A DNA stretch of 64,000 bases from Azolla caroliniana (Eukaryota; Plantae; Polypodiophyta), in contig JBHGNT010000022.1 in the NCBI GenBank assembly GCA_043228905.1, positions 3,596,001 through 3,660,000 on the forward strand, in the 5' to 3' direction. The position numbers were made by a program, and so were the translations under genes. This document shows positions 39,608-52,875 of the stretch, piece by piece. Position 1 is the first letter of the stretch, and each line of letters begins with the position of its first letter. Below the pieces are notes generated by a model. That model made no database searches and had not been told where the DNA came from. It saw nothing but the letters and a program-made list of their open reading frames with translations.

Positions 39608-41619
39608 TGGACTAGCACCTTCTTGCAGATCGATCGGATAGTCGTAGTGTCAATGCTCAAGCAAGTGATCAACATTCTTTTTCTCAAATACGTTCTTGAA
39701 GTCTTCATACTTGGACGGTAGTGAGTCAGTAGTTGTCTTCATTGGATTGTTGGACGAGGCACTATGCACTATTTTCCTTGTTGTAACTGGGATGTGAGCA
39801 TCCGCCTTGGAGCTAATTCCGCTTGGGAGGGTGAGCACCTGCAACAACATGAGATATTGCTTGCACCTCCGAGCTGGTTTGGGAGAAAGTAATAGAGTGA
39901 TTGTGCCAATCAACAAGTGGATTCTGTGGCTTCAGCCAAGACAAACCGAGGATGACAGGATGTCGCGGTGAAGTGATAACATAAAACGTTAAGGCCTCCT
40001 GGTGGTCCCCGAGCTGTAAGATACGTGGGACAGTGGCTTCGGTGATTGCTCCCGAAGAAAGCATGCGTCCATCGATAGCTTCCACTGGGATTGGCTTGGA
40101 CAATCGGACAACCGAGAATTTGTGTTTATGAACGAACCTTTCGTCCATAAAACACATTGTTGCCCTGGAATCTAGAAGTGCTAAGGATCTAATTGAAATC
40201 AACTTGAAATGGATTCTTACTGGAAAGGAGAAATCTTCTGTCGATGTAGCCGAACTATGGGAGTGACACGAATGCGGATTGTCCAACCACATGGCTCCTA
40301 CTATAGTTGGACACCATCGTTTTCCCATTGTTGGGGCCGTCTTTTCGCATTGTTTGTAGATATTGATCTTTGATTATTCTTGATTGGGCAAAAATGAATG
40401 AGATGGGTGGATGCACCACAATATAAACATAGCCTGTTGGTTCGGCGATACCTCCGATCACCCTCGGTGAGTGGCGGGGCGCGAGCTCGATCAATTTCCA
40501 TTGGCATGGGGTCATTGTACGATGACGATGGAGAAGATCTCGAAGAGGGTTTCCACCTTGAAGTTGCTCGTTCCTCTTGACGAAGCTCAAACAACCGATT
40601 GTCACAATTAACTGCTTGCGTGATGGCTTGCGACAATGACGTAGGCTCCGGAAAGTTGAGTAGTAAGTTTTTAATCTCGCTTCGAAGGCCCTGACGAAAA
40701 TGGTCACAGAGAGGTTGGCCATCACACTAAACATCACATGCTAATTGTCTAAATTTAGACGCATAAACGGATAAACACGGTCGCGTTCAGAAGTGGAAGG
40801 ATCGCGCAAAAATGGAAGGATAAGGAATATTCCCTAAAATTTTGGGGTTTAAATACTCTATTCACAAAACTTAATGATACCAGTATCACATGTTCTCAAA
40901 ATGTCGTTGGAAAACCTCAAAAAGTCATCCTTTCCTAAACTTGATAAAACGCTAAAATTATGCTATAATTGAAATGGTACAATGTTCACTATCACTCAAA
41001 AGTCAAGAAGTAATGTATTTTGTAACAAACAATGTTTGTACAAAGCAATAATATTTCTAAACATAATTTTTATATCTTTCGAGTATTACAAACAACATTC
41101 TCTTACATTAGATACCAAAATTTCATTAAGTGTAAAATTTACAAAAATCACTTGTATCATGATCTAGAGTTGCTAGTATAACTAATATACAATGTAGATT
41201 GTTCCTAGTCATCTTTGGATGTACCTATTAAGGCATTGTCTTCATCTAAAACTAGATGTTGACATTCCATGTTATGTATAGACGATCTTGTTTGCCTTTG
41301 ACATGAGACCCCTTGTAGAATAGGTAATGGGTGAAAGCATGTGAATGGAAACACTATTATAGCTATTTAGCTGCTAAACTGACCACAGCTAAATAGTTTT
41401 TTTTATAGCTAATTTTTATTAGGAAGATCTTAAAGATATGTATCATTTATTATGGAGATGGAAATATTACCATTTATGGTCCACCGTTTAGCTAGTCTTT
41501 TTCTGAGATCAAATTCTAATCATCCCTAAATTTGCCAAAATATACAGATTACATGTAGCTTTTTAGGTAGCTAATTAGCTATGTCAAGGACATAGCTAAT
41601 TGTTCCCATTCCCATGCTT

Positions 41620-44220
41620 TCACCCTAATTTCTTCTTGATAATATCTATTGTAGACTTCCTGAGACGTCCAACTTTTGTTAGTGCGAAGTCGTAAACAAT
41701 AATATCTCCATCACCAATGTCTAGGTATGAAGTGCTACAAATATTTCTTTTCCTCTTTCTGTTCCCCCTTGACCGTGGACATTCCATCATCTCTAAAGCA
41801 TACTTGCTTGTAAAGGCATTTTTGCTTTTAGTGTTGTACTAATGCACGTTTATAGACTAGATTTGGCTTTGGTTCTCATGCATCACCACATCTAAAACCT
41901 TACCAATCCAAAATTGATGTCCCAACTCATTATCATCAAGAGGTGTAGAAATTAACATACCCACCTTAAATTCTTGCAAGTTTCCTTGCCATCTTGCTTC
42001 CGCTGTTTTTGTCAACCTGGGTCCAACATATATGTCCCTTTGTGGTGGATGGAGCAAGCTATCATTAATCGCATTAGGTGCAAGAGGAGAAGTCTGAGAA
42101 TTACGACACTGTTGTTTATTCCAGGTGAAGGGTATTTGCATGGTCTAAGTACCAAGGACACAATTGTAAACAATTTGTTCTTGATCTTTAAAGAACACAT
42201 CCCACCATGATGTGTCTTGCTCCCCAACATACTTCTTCACATTGTCAATGTGCTTGCATTTGTCTTGCAATGCTTGCATCCAAACATTCTTTGGATTATC
42301 AGCTAGTACATTGTACATTGGTGACAACTTTCTTAGTCTCAATCGGCATTTGTCCTACACCATAAACAAAAGTTGAAGGCATATGAAGTAGAAACTGACA
42401 CCCGCTGACACCCGCTTTCAGGCTCCCATTGGGGGGAGGATGAATATTGCTTGGCATATAATAATGTACAACCACTATGATCATTTTTATTTATTAAGAA
42501 TACATGGTTGAAACTTATATTATTTAATGGCACTAACACTTTGGCATTTCCCTCACCATCATCTAATATGTATCTCTTAAAATCATATATTTCCTTCAAG
42601 TGTTCCATGATTGGGTGTGGTGTATATGTATGCATCACGAATGATCTCGAACAACTTAGGTAACATAAAAGCATCATATCGTGATAACTGCCTAGAAAAG
42701 TTACTAAACATATGATCGATATGATCATGTGTGTGACCAACCAATAGAAAGTTAACTTTCACTTTCCTAAATATTCCTTGGTTCACCAGCATACTTAGAT
42801 AACCAAACACCATAGAATTTTTGTTTTCCCAAGCAATATTGTCTAGTTGAATAAATAAAACCGGCGGCAAAGACTACCCCCAAGACATCAATACTTTTGG
42901 AATCACAATGACGTTAAATTAGGGTCATTGTGGACATTTGGGTAGGTGAAGAAGACATGAGGCTTCACACTTCCATTATAGGCTAAACAACCCAGCAAGT
43001 GCATCTGCACGAGACAATCGTCGTTGACATCATTAGGAAGACGTTTAAGACGAGGTAGACACGTCTTCTTTTGGTCCATTCCATCTATCATTAAACACAT
43101 GTAGTTAGCTAGATTGTTTATCGACTTTTCCCTATGGTGCATAGCTCTTTTTCTCTCTAATGCTTGGGCATCTCAGTGATCTTGTAACAATTTCTTATTT
43201 AGCTCCTTCTTTGTAGCTGTCTTTGCCCCTTTACACACGCTCTTTAGGTTTGCACATATTGAACAACACACCATACATACTTTGCGACGTATAATAACAT
43301 TACTAAAGTGGAATGACCACAACCTTGTGAACTGACTGTAGGTGACATACTTGTCACCACAAGTTGACATTTCCAATCTATAGGAATCATAAACTTCTTG
43401 ACGTGTATAGGATGCAACCTACTGGTAGTTGGCATTATCTCACAATTGAACTTGAAGTATGTCTTCATCTAGTAGATCGCATTTCTACCTGATGCACCCT
43501 TCATACTTGGCAAATTATCATCTTCAATAGGATTGTTGCCGTTTAAGACTCTTTGTAGCACTCTATGTAATCTCATGTTGCTAACACAAAGTGCGATCTT
43601 GAATGCCACTCTACAACATTGTCATGCCGTAAAGAGGTAATACTCGAAAGAAATCGAGATATTTGAGCTTTGTCTGACACCATCTGTAAGTGTGTCATAA
43701 GATAAGTGTCTTGTTCATCACCATTGACTGCAAAATAGTAACATCTCAAAAACCGCAAGTTTTGGTTTCCAATCATCGCCATACACCCACGAGCGTAGCA
43801 TGTCTTTTTAACATCTACGGTAAGTTGAGCCTCAGATGTCACTAAAGCAAATGGTTCTCAACTAATACGTCGTCAGACCCTTTTGAAAAATAAGGGGCTC
43901 ACTGACTTATTGTCATACTTAGCTGATATTGGTGTGTCTTCCTCTTGGCGCACATTTGTTCTCGGTTGTTGGGTAGAAATACTTTCAGAACATTGACAAT
44001 CACCTACATTCTCACCCGAGTCCGCGTATGGGTCATACTGTTCAATTGAGAATTCATAGCATCTTGTCGTATTGACTGGACTTTCGGAGATTATATACTC
44101 CTCAATGGAGAAATTAGAATCTTGAGAGTAATGGTATTCTTCTACTGAAAACCCCAAAGAAGGTGAGGAATCCTATCATAGTTGATATTCCTCAACGGAA
44201 AAGGGTGAATTTGTTCCCAT
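41620..44220 (-). pseudogene. DDD-type transposase (Sola1/DUF7869-like), disrupted by frameshifts and stops
   Basis: CSIC motif, IDGMDQKKT, FIQLDNIAWENKN and FLLVGHTHDHIDHMFS in successive minus-strand ORF pieces. Confidence 0.8.
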
Positions 44221-44531
44221 TGTTTAAGGTTCTAATATCCTTTATATTTCACTCCCCAAGAATACAAATGGTAAGACATACTTAAACTACAAATAGTATT
44301 CTAAGGAACTATATATGTAATTTGTATATTTTCTAATATAATTTTTTATATATTTCTAATAGTTATAAATAAAAATTTAAAAGAGGTTAAATATTAAAAA
44401 TATAAATCATAATTAAACTTATGTGTAGTTATATATACTTGTCCCCCTTATATGGTCACGTGCCTTAATTAGGTCTTAAAAAAAAATTTATGTAACTTCT
44501 TATTCATTGATCACGTGTCCACGTGACATAA

Positions 44532-47500
44532 TTGCACATTACCTCTATCCTCAACCAATTGTTGAATGTTCTCAATTTCTATAAATAATTTCTTACTTTC
44601 TTGCACATCAAAATCATTAGAGTGCCATAAATGTAGATAAGTGTACTCAATCATTGGACTAACCTTGCACATGTATTAAATCCTAATAAGTACTAGATCA
44701 TAATAGGTACTAAATCATAATACACATAAGTATGAAATCATAATAACTACTAGATCATAATGAACATAATACACATAAACTATAAATATAATCATTATGT
44801 TATGATAATAATAAATACAAGATCAAATAAAAATAACTAAAGGCACTATATGGCATTTAATTCTAATCGTGGTTAGTTATTTAATTGTGGTCCCTTCCCC
44901 CCCAAAGGATAGAACCGACCTCTCTTTTTCTTTCCCTACATTTGAGCATAACCACTCTCGAGAGCACGAAAGCACAGACGCAAGGACTCCCAAGCTACCT
45001 CACACATCCCCTCACCTACACGATCATCATTTCGAGCAAAAAGACTGCCCGTTCTAACACCAGGTAGGATCTAAACCCTAAACTGTACGGACATAGTCCT
45101 ATCTACGTACTTTATATTTCTTTCAGAATAACTTGCGTGCCCACTTCTACCTCCTAGATCCATAACTCGATCCATCGTATCGAGTTATGGCTCGAAGTCG
45201 GTACATTGTATCAACGCGAGGGTCACAACTCGGTACGATGTATCAAGTTATAGATCCAAGACCAAGAACTCGATACGATGTATCGAGTTTTGACACTTAA
45301 CATGATATGATGCAACGAGTTGAGTGTCAGAACTCGTTACGTCATATCTAGTGGCTCCTAGGCCTAGAACAAGATACGTCGTATCGAGTTGGGAGTCATA
45401 ACTTGATACAACGTATTGAGTTGGGGCTCCTAGGGCTACAACTCTGTACACCTTGTCAAGTTAGGGGTTAGAACGTGATACGATGTATCGAGTTGTGGCC
45501 AATGGAGGTTTCGAGCTTGCGACCTTCACTTTATTAGCACATAGCTCTAACCAACAGCTAATTGGCTATGTCTATTTTATATACTGCCAAGCCTACACAT
45601 AAAATTGATCCTTTTCATATTTGGAAAGTATACGAAAACGTTATATACTCGTGCAACATGAATGAATAAATAAATATTTTCCAAAGTTGTTGTCGACATT
45701 TCCTGTTTGTGTTGCCTTTTCCTAATTATCATTTTATCTTCCATGTGTAGATGTAGTCTCTAATGATCCTTTTGTATTAGAAGTTATCATTTTATCGTTT
45801 TGGATTATAGGTTATAATTTTATCCTGAAGGTGTATAACCAATCGACAATGATCTCGCCTTAATATGCGGCCACATACATACTTTCGTTTTAAATTTTTC
45901 TAGTCCTTGTCAACAAACTTTATGGCTATTCAAAAGGTGAAGTCATGAGGGAGCTTGGGAAATACTAACGAAGACCAGTTCATTGTGGCCAATGGAAGTT
46001 TCGAACTTGCGACCTTCGCGTTATTAGCATGATGCTCTAACTAACTGAGCTAATTTGCTATGTCTATTTTATATATTGCCAAGACTACACAGAAAATGGT
46101 TCCTTTTTTATATTTGGAAAGTATATGAAAACGTTATATACTCGTGTGACATGAATGGCTAAATAAATCTTTTCCAAACTTGTTGTAGAGGTTTCTTGTT
46201 TGTCTTGCCTTTTCCTAATTATTATTTTATCTTCCACGTGTAGATGTAATCTCTAATGATCGTTTTTTATTAGAAGTTATCATTTTAATCCTAAACAACC
46301 ATACCCAATTAAGAATGATCGATTTGGACTAAAAGGTATGATTTTATACTCAGGATTTAGACCCAATCGTGAATGTTCACGACTTAATATGACTAAGTAG
46401 CTTACCTTTTGTTTTTAATTTTTCTATTTGAAGTAAAGCCAATAACGAAGGATGATTTTGATCTATAAGTGATCAATCTATTCTCAAGAAATATTCCCAA
46501 TCATGAATGATCATTTTCCTTTTCAAAGTTATTAATTTATTATCAACAAGTATACCCAATCATGAATAATCATTTTGGTTTCCTTTATTCAATTCGAAGT
46601 TATCAGTTTGTATTCAAGGGAAACCAAATCTTGACAAATCATTTTTTATGACATGTTTTATATTTAATCTGAATTTTAACCAATCTTGAATGATATGTCT
46701 GGATTATAGGTTATAATTTTATCCTAAAGGTGTATAACCAAATGACAATAATCTCGCCTTAATATTAGGCAACATACATACTTTTGTTTTATACTTTTCT
46801 AGTCGTTGTCAACAAACTTGATGGCTATTCAAATGGTGAAGTCGTTAGGGAGCTTGGGAAATACTAACGGAGGTTTCGAACCTGCGACCTTTGCATTATT
46901 CACACGATGCTCTAACCAACTAAGCTAATTGGCCATGTCTATTTTATATATTGCAACGCGTAAACATAAAATGTTTCCTTTTCATATTTTGAAAGTATAC
47001 GAAAACGTTATATACTCGTGCGGCATTAATGAATAAATAAATCTTTTCCGAACTTTTTGTAGAGGTTTCCTGTTTGTGTTCCCTATTAGAAATTATCATT
47101 TTATCCTAAAGAAGCATACCCAAACCAGAATGATCGATTTGGAGTAAAAGTTATGATTTTATCCTCAGGATATAAACCCAATTGTGAATGTTCACAACTT
47201 AATATGCCTAGTAGCTTACCTTTTGTTTTTAAGCTTTCTATTTGATGTAAAACCAATGATGATGGATGATTTTGATCTATAAGTGATCAATCTATTCTCA
47301 AGAAATATGCCAATCATGAATGATCATTTTCCTTTTTGAAGTTATTAATCTATTCTCAACAAGTAGACCCAATCATGAATGATCATTTTGGTTTCCTTTA
47401 TTCAATTCAAACTTTTCACTTTGTATTCGAAGGAAACTAAATCATGAAAGATCATTTTATATGAGAAGTTATATATTTAATCTCAATTTTAGCCATTCTT

Positions 47501-48780
47501 GAAGGATATGTCTTGATTATAGGTTATTCTTTTATCCTAAAGGTGTATAACCAATCGATAACAATCTCTCCTTAATATTGGGCAACATACATACCTTTGT
47601 TTTAAATTTTTATAGTCGCTGTCAACAAACTTTATGGCTATTCAAATGGTTAAGTCGTTAGAGAGCTTGGGAAATACTAACGAAGACTAATTCATTGGGG
47701 CCAATGGCGGGTTCGACCCTACGAGCTTAGCGTTGTTAGCACGACGGTCTAACCAACTGAGCTAATTGGCCATGTGTATTTTATATATTGCCAAGCCTAC
47801 ACCTATTTGCACAATACCATTATCCTCACCCAATTAGTGAATGTTCTCAATTTCTATAAATAATTTCTTACTTTATTGCACATTAAAATCATTAGACTGC
47901 CAAAAATGTAGATAAGGGTACTCAATCATTGGACTAACCTTGCACATGTATTAAATCCTAATAAGTACTAGATCATAATAGGTACTAAACCATAATACAC
48001 ATAAGGATGAAATCATAATAACTACTAGATCATAAAGATAATTATTATGTTATGATAATATTAAATACAAATTCAAATAAAAATAACTAAAGGCACTATA
48101 TGGCATTTAATTCTAACCGTGGTTAGTTATTTAACTGTGGTCCCTTCCCCCCAAACAAATAGAACCGACCTCTCTTTTTCTTTCCCTACATTTGAGCGTA
48201 ACCACTCTCGAGAGCACGAAAGAATAGACGCAAGGACTCCCAAGCTACCTCACACATCCCCTCACCTACACGATCATCATGCCGAGCAAAAAGACTGCCT
48301 GTTCTGACACTAGGTAGGATGTAAACCCTAAATTGTACAGACATAGTCCTATCTACGTACTTTATATTTCTTTCAGAATAACCTGCGTGCCCACTTCTAC
48401 CTCCTAGATCCATAACTCGATACATCGTATCGAGTTATGCCCCGAAGTCGGTACACTATAGCAACACGAGCGTCACAACTCGGTACGATGTATCAAGTTA
48501 TAGATCCAAGACCAAGAACTCGATACGATGTATCGAGTTCTGACACTTAACACGATACTATGTAACGAGTTGAGTGTTAGAACTCGTTACAATGTATCGA
48601 GTTACGTATTAGAACTCGTTACGCCGTATCTAGTGGCTCCTAGGGCTAGAACTCGATATGGCATATCGAGTTGGGAGTCATAACTCAATACGGCGTATCG
48701 AGTTGGGGCTCCTAGGGCTAGAACTCTGTACGGCTTGTCGAGTTAGGGGTCAGAACGCGATATGGCGTATCAAGTTGTGG
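44532..48780. repeat. About 960-bp direct duplication (44532-45495 and 47808-48780) bracketing a satellite block
   Basis: Aligned sequence and duplicated ORFs 44869-45057 and 48119-48307. Confidence 0.85.
45496..47802 (-). repeat. tRNA-Ile macrosatellite block 5 (inside the DNA transposon)
   Basis: Degenerate tRNA copies at 45496-45567, 45986-46059, 46869-46934 and 47698-47771. Confidence 0.9.
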
Positions 48781-49216
48781 CTCCTAGCACTAAAACTGGA
48801 TACGGCGTATCGAGTTGGGGGTCATAACTCATTACAACGTATCGAGTTGTGACTCCTAGGCCTACAACTCGATAGGACGTATTGAGTAGTGGCTCCTAGG
48901 GCTACAACTCGATACGGTGTATCGAGTTGGGGGTCATAACTCGATATGACGTATCGAGTTTTGGCTCCTAGGGCTACAACTCGATACGGTGTATCCAGTT
49001 GGGGGACATAACTCGATACGGCGTATCGAATTATGGCTCCTAGGGCTAAAACTCGATATGCAGTATCGAGTTGGGGGTCATAACTCGATACGTCATATCG
49101 AGTTGTGGCTCCCAGTGCTAAAACTAGATACACTGTATGGAGTTGGAGGTCATAACTCGATACAGCGTATCGAGTTGTGGCTCGTAGGGCTAAAACTAGA
49201 TACACTGTATCGAGTT
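48414..49216. repeat. Palindromic minisatellite: AACTCGATAC-NNN-GTATCGAGTT at 32/40-bp spacing (72-bp higher-order period)
   Basis: About 22 copies, e.g. starts at 48906, 48938, 48978, 49010 and 49050; truncated duplicate at 45164-45494. Confidence 0.9.
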
Positions 49217-49684
49217 GGGCTCCTTACTAGTTTTGTACTAACTGTAACAGTGGAATGAGGCCAAAACAATACTGGATTGCTTATTTGGCATTCCATACTA
49301 CCAATCTGCATATTGTATATAATTTGACACCCCATACAAATCTTTCTTTACTATGAATGTGCTTACTATAAGACTGAATGAGGACAAAACAATACTTGGA
49401 ATGAAGTTTTGTACCCCATACCACTTTACCAGCTTACTACCATTGCAAATAAGGAGCATATAGGTTTAGGTTTCACTAATAACTTATCTCAACTCCCTTT
49501 CCAGTGCCTTTTGCTATGTTTTTGATCTTATGACTACATCCTTTAAGTAGGTCCCATACACTAGTGGTCAGGCAAGTGCTTCATAAGGCCAAACCATTCT
49601 TTGTATTCGCATTTTCTAGACTCCAATAGATTTTTATTTGAGAGAATATAGGTTTAGGTTCATCTGTTGTATTATTTCATGCAG

Positions 49685-52600
49685 GTCGACTGACCCTAAG
49701 GAGGAGAGGCCACTGAACAGAATTCGGATTAAGTATCAAAGCTCACCTCTAGACACCACAAAGATCCCTGTTGTGACATATCCACAAAAGGGAAAGAAAC
49801 TGATGTTTGAAGACAAAGTCGTGAGGCAGCCGTCTAACGAGGTTAGTCAAAAAACATTTGTCGCGGTTGGAGGGAGTGAGGACCAGTTGGACAGAGACTT
49901 AACTGGATTTGAGTGGGCATTGCAATATGTAGACTCGAAAAAGAAAGTAGTATGGTTAGTTACCAGACTGGCTGGACGTGGTATGCTTGCTCAAGATCGT
50001 GCATTTAGCTATGGCAAAATCTTGCGGCTAGACTATGAAGACGCTGACTCAACTAATTTGATTGTATTAGTCAATTGTACAAAAGGAGTCTGAAAGATGA
50101 TCGTCTCCAAAGACTACTTGTTGAAGGATTCATGCGGGCCAGAATCCTTCCGAAATGCCATTGAGACAAGTACTAACTTAATAACAACATTGAGGCCATA
50201 TATTCAAGGTCATGTTAATTTGAAGATAGCTTCCTTATCGCTTATTAAAGCACCAATAAGGAAATTTGCGGTGCAGTTTAGGCCTCAGAAAAAGAAGGTG
50301 ACGAGAATGTCAGATTTTGAGTCATCGAGTTCAACAAAGGATGATGAGGCTCAATCTAGACCAGGAGCAGAGCTTGCATCTGGTGTGTTGTCATCAGAAC
50401 AAAATAAAATTAGAAGGGACATAATACATAGAAAACTTGTGCGGAAGGGGCAAGTTTTTAACCTTCTGATAACCCATATTCATCGCCCCCCTCTGGATGA
50501 GAATACAGGATGCTGCCCTTTGGAGATCAGAGTACCACATAAGCTTCACGTCCAAAATTTAAAGAAGCAAATGAAGATCAACCCTCATGCAATGGTCGTG
50601 GTTTTATTGTAATGTTGGATCCTCTTGAGTGTTCTAATCTAGAGGATTCTGATATTAAGAAGCACGACCAATACAATTATTTTGTGATTGGCAGATCTCA
50701 CTCAGTAGAGGCAAGACGACAATTAGTCTGCATATGCGGAATGCAAAATTTATGTGGCGCTAACAACTGAGGAGGCAAAGTTGTTAGCATGGGACCACAA
50801 TAATGACAATGACTTCTGGCAGAAGATGTCCTCCATCGAAAGCATTAGATTTTTTCACCACGAGTACCTTGACGGGAAAACCAAATTTGGAGAGAAATTA
50901 TATCCAGCTCTATGATGCCAATGTCTCCACGAACTCGGAATTGTGTTGGACGATGCGGTGAAGTCTGATGGAATCTGAAAGTATGAGTCGTGGTTTCAAC
51001 TCGCATTTAGGGATGGAGAAGCCTGGGATCCTGAAGATCAAATATTTACGATGTGGGAGAATAAGGAAGTGAAGGGTCAAAGACAAAAGAAGTCGAAAGT
51101 TGACCCTCAATTAGAATTGAAAAGCTCAGCTGCCAAGAAGATTGAGCTTACCATTGAGGAAGGAACAGATGATATGAAGTTGTCTTTATGGAGGGAAATG
51201 CAAGGGATCAAACATGAGCAACTTCTTATATCTGTACTTTCAAGAGTTGTAGGCTGAGCCTAGAGGAAATGGTTACGGAGTTCAACAAGTAAGGTCTTAC
51301 TAAATTTTTTATGGTTTACCTTGTTTTAAGAAATGAATTTTTAATGTTGGTTTATAAATTTTGAGCCACAAAGTCTATATGAAAATACAAGAAGTGATGA
51401 TGATGCAACTAGGTTGTTTATCGTGGGAACAAGTGACTGAAGAATATCCAATAACGTCTTCGTACAAGGCGTTATCGGAATATTTCATTGCATTTAAGGA
51501 TTGGGTGAGTATAACTCTTTGTTTGATCAATTTCTGGTGGTCCATCCCGTGTATCGACTATAACTTTGTTAATGTCTTTTTTTTTTAGAAACCATGTCAA
51601 AGTAAGAGGCCTGGTGAAATAAAGGATATAGATGACTTTCCAACATCCTTTCTTGCCCATTTTGAAAGGGCCAGAAAAGAGAAGGATCGACGCTTGGTAA
51701 GGGCGTTTGAGGTGGAAGATGATGGCACCTTCAAGAAGTTCAGCCTCAAAAAAGACAACACCAGAGATCTATACTACAATGATTATTGTGGTGATGTGGC
51801 TGACATGATCCAGAAGCTGCTAAAGAAAGAGTATACGTTAATGGTAGCTAATATTCCATACGGTTTTCGTATGGCTGGATCGATCTACGATGACAAACCT
51901 TTTAGGTTCAAGCAATTGGAAAAAATGGTAAAAAATTTCGCCGACTTAACCATCGCTTCCTTGTGGAGAATTGTAATATTTCATGGCATGAATCAAGGAT
52001 ATTCCGTGGCTCAAGCGTTGAGACCTCATTGCCATGGAATTGAGAACCTTGTTTGGTAAGGATTTTATCGAAAGCACTATCGAATTATATTTTGTAATTT
52101 AATCTGCTTATAACTTCTTTTCTCAATGATCAGGATTAAAACCAACGTAAATAGGGGACCAACTTTTCGGTTCATCAACGCAATGGAATATATAACAGTT
52201 GGTTATTATGACGAGATCAAGAAGCAAAGATTCAAGGAGCATTCGAATGAGGTGGGATGCTCAAACTTGCTCGTATATCCAACTATGAAACGGAAGCTTC
52301 GACATGTGACCACAACTGAGCGCGGGCTTGTGAATCCCTACCAGAAGCCCCAACGTTTAATGATGCACCTTGTGGAGATGTTTTCGAATGAAGATGACTG
52401 GATATTGGACTTGTTTTCTGGCATAGGTAAATGTTCAAATAAATTTCCCAATGTGTGGAAGGTTTTATTTATATTTAGACCTATGATAATACTCATTATT
52501 TCTTATTTATGGTGTTTAGGGACCACTTCGGCATGTGCTTTGAAGCTTTTCCGAAATTCGGTTGCATTGGAGAAAGATGAGGAACAGGTGAACTTCATCA

Positions 52601-52875
52601 ACATGAGGCTTCGCGCGCTTTTGGAATGCCCCAATCAAGACGAGGAGGTAGGGGCCAAGCATATAGCAAATACCGAACATTTTTAGGTTGCCTCCCGTGA
52701 ACTGATCCCTCCTTTGGTTGGTGAACCTGGGGAACTCGTAGAGCTTGACAATGACTTAATGGACGACCCCATGGTAGCGAGTCTATCTGGAGTGGATACT
52801 ACTGCACTAAATGTGGATGATAGTTCACCGATTGATGATGAATCCAATGATATAGATACTCTCCTAGCGATGTAG
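49685..52875 (+). pseudogene. Spliced ParB/Srx-like plus beta-class amino-(N6A/N4C) DNA methyltransferase gene, partly decayed
   Basis: ParB-like YFVIGRSHSVEARRQL...LTTEEAKLLAWDHNN (about 50670-50815); motif IV NIPY (51850-51861); LVWIKTN; NPYQKP; motif I LDLFSGIGTT..RNSVALEKD after splicing GT-AG introns 51289-51365, 51505-51588, 52056-52133 and 52427-52519. 5' start uncertain; stops and frameshifts in the 5' half and at 52684. Confidence 0.8.

Noticed and set aside
48414-49216. CRISPR array
   Set aside because: The intervening 9- and 17-nt sequences are themselves repeated rather than unique spacers; there are no cas genes and the context is eukaryotic.
49685-52875. Bacterial contamination or a restriction-modification system
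   Set aside because: The gene has spliceosomal introns, lies within TIRs nested in a plant retroelement, and has no adjacent endonuclease.
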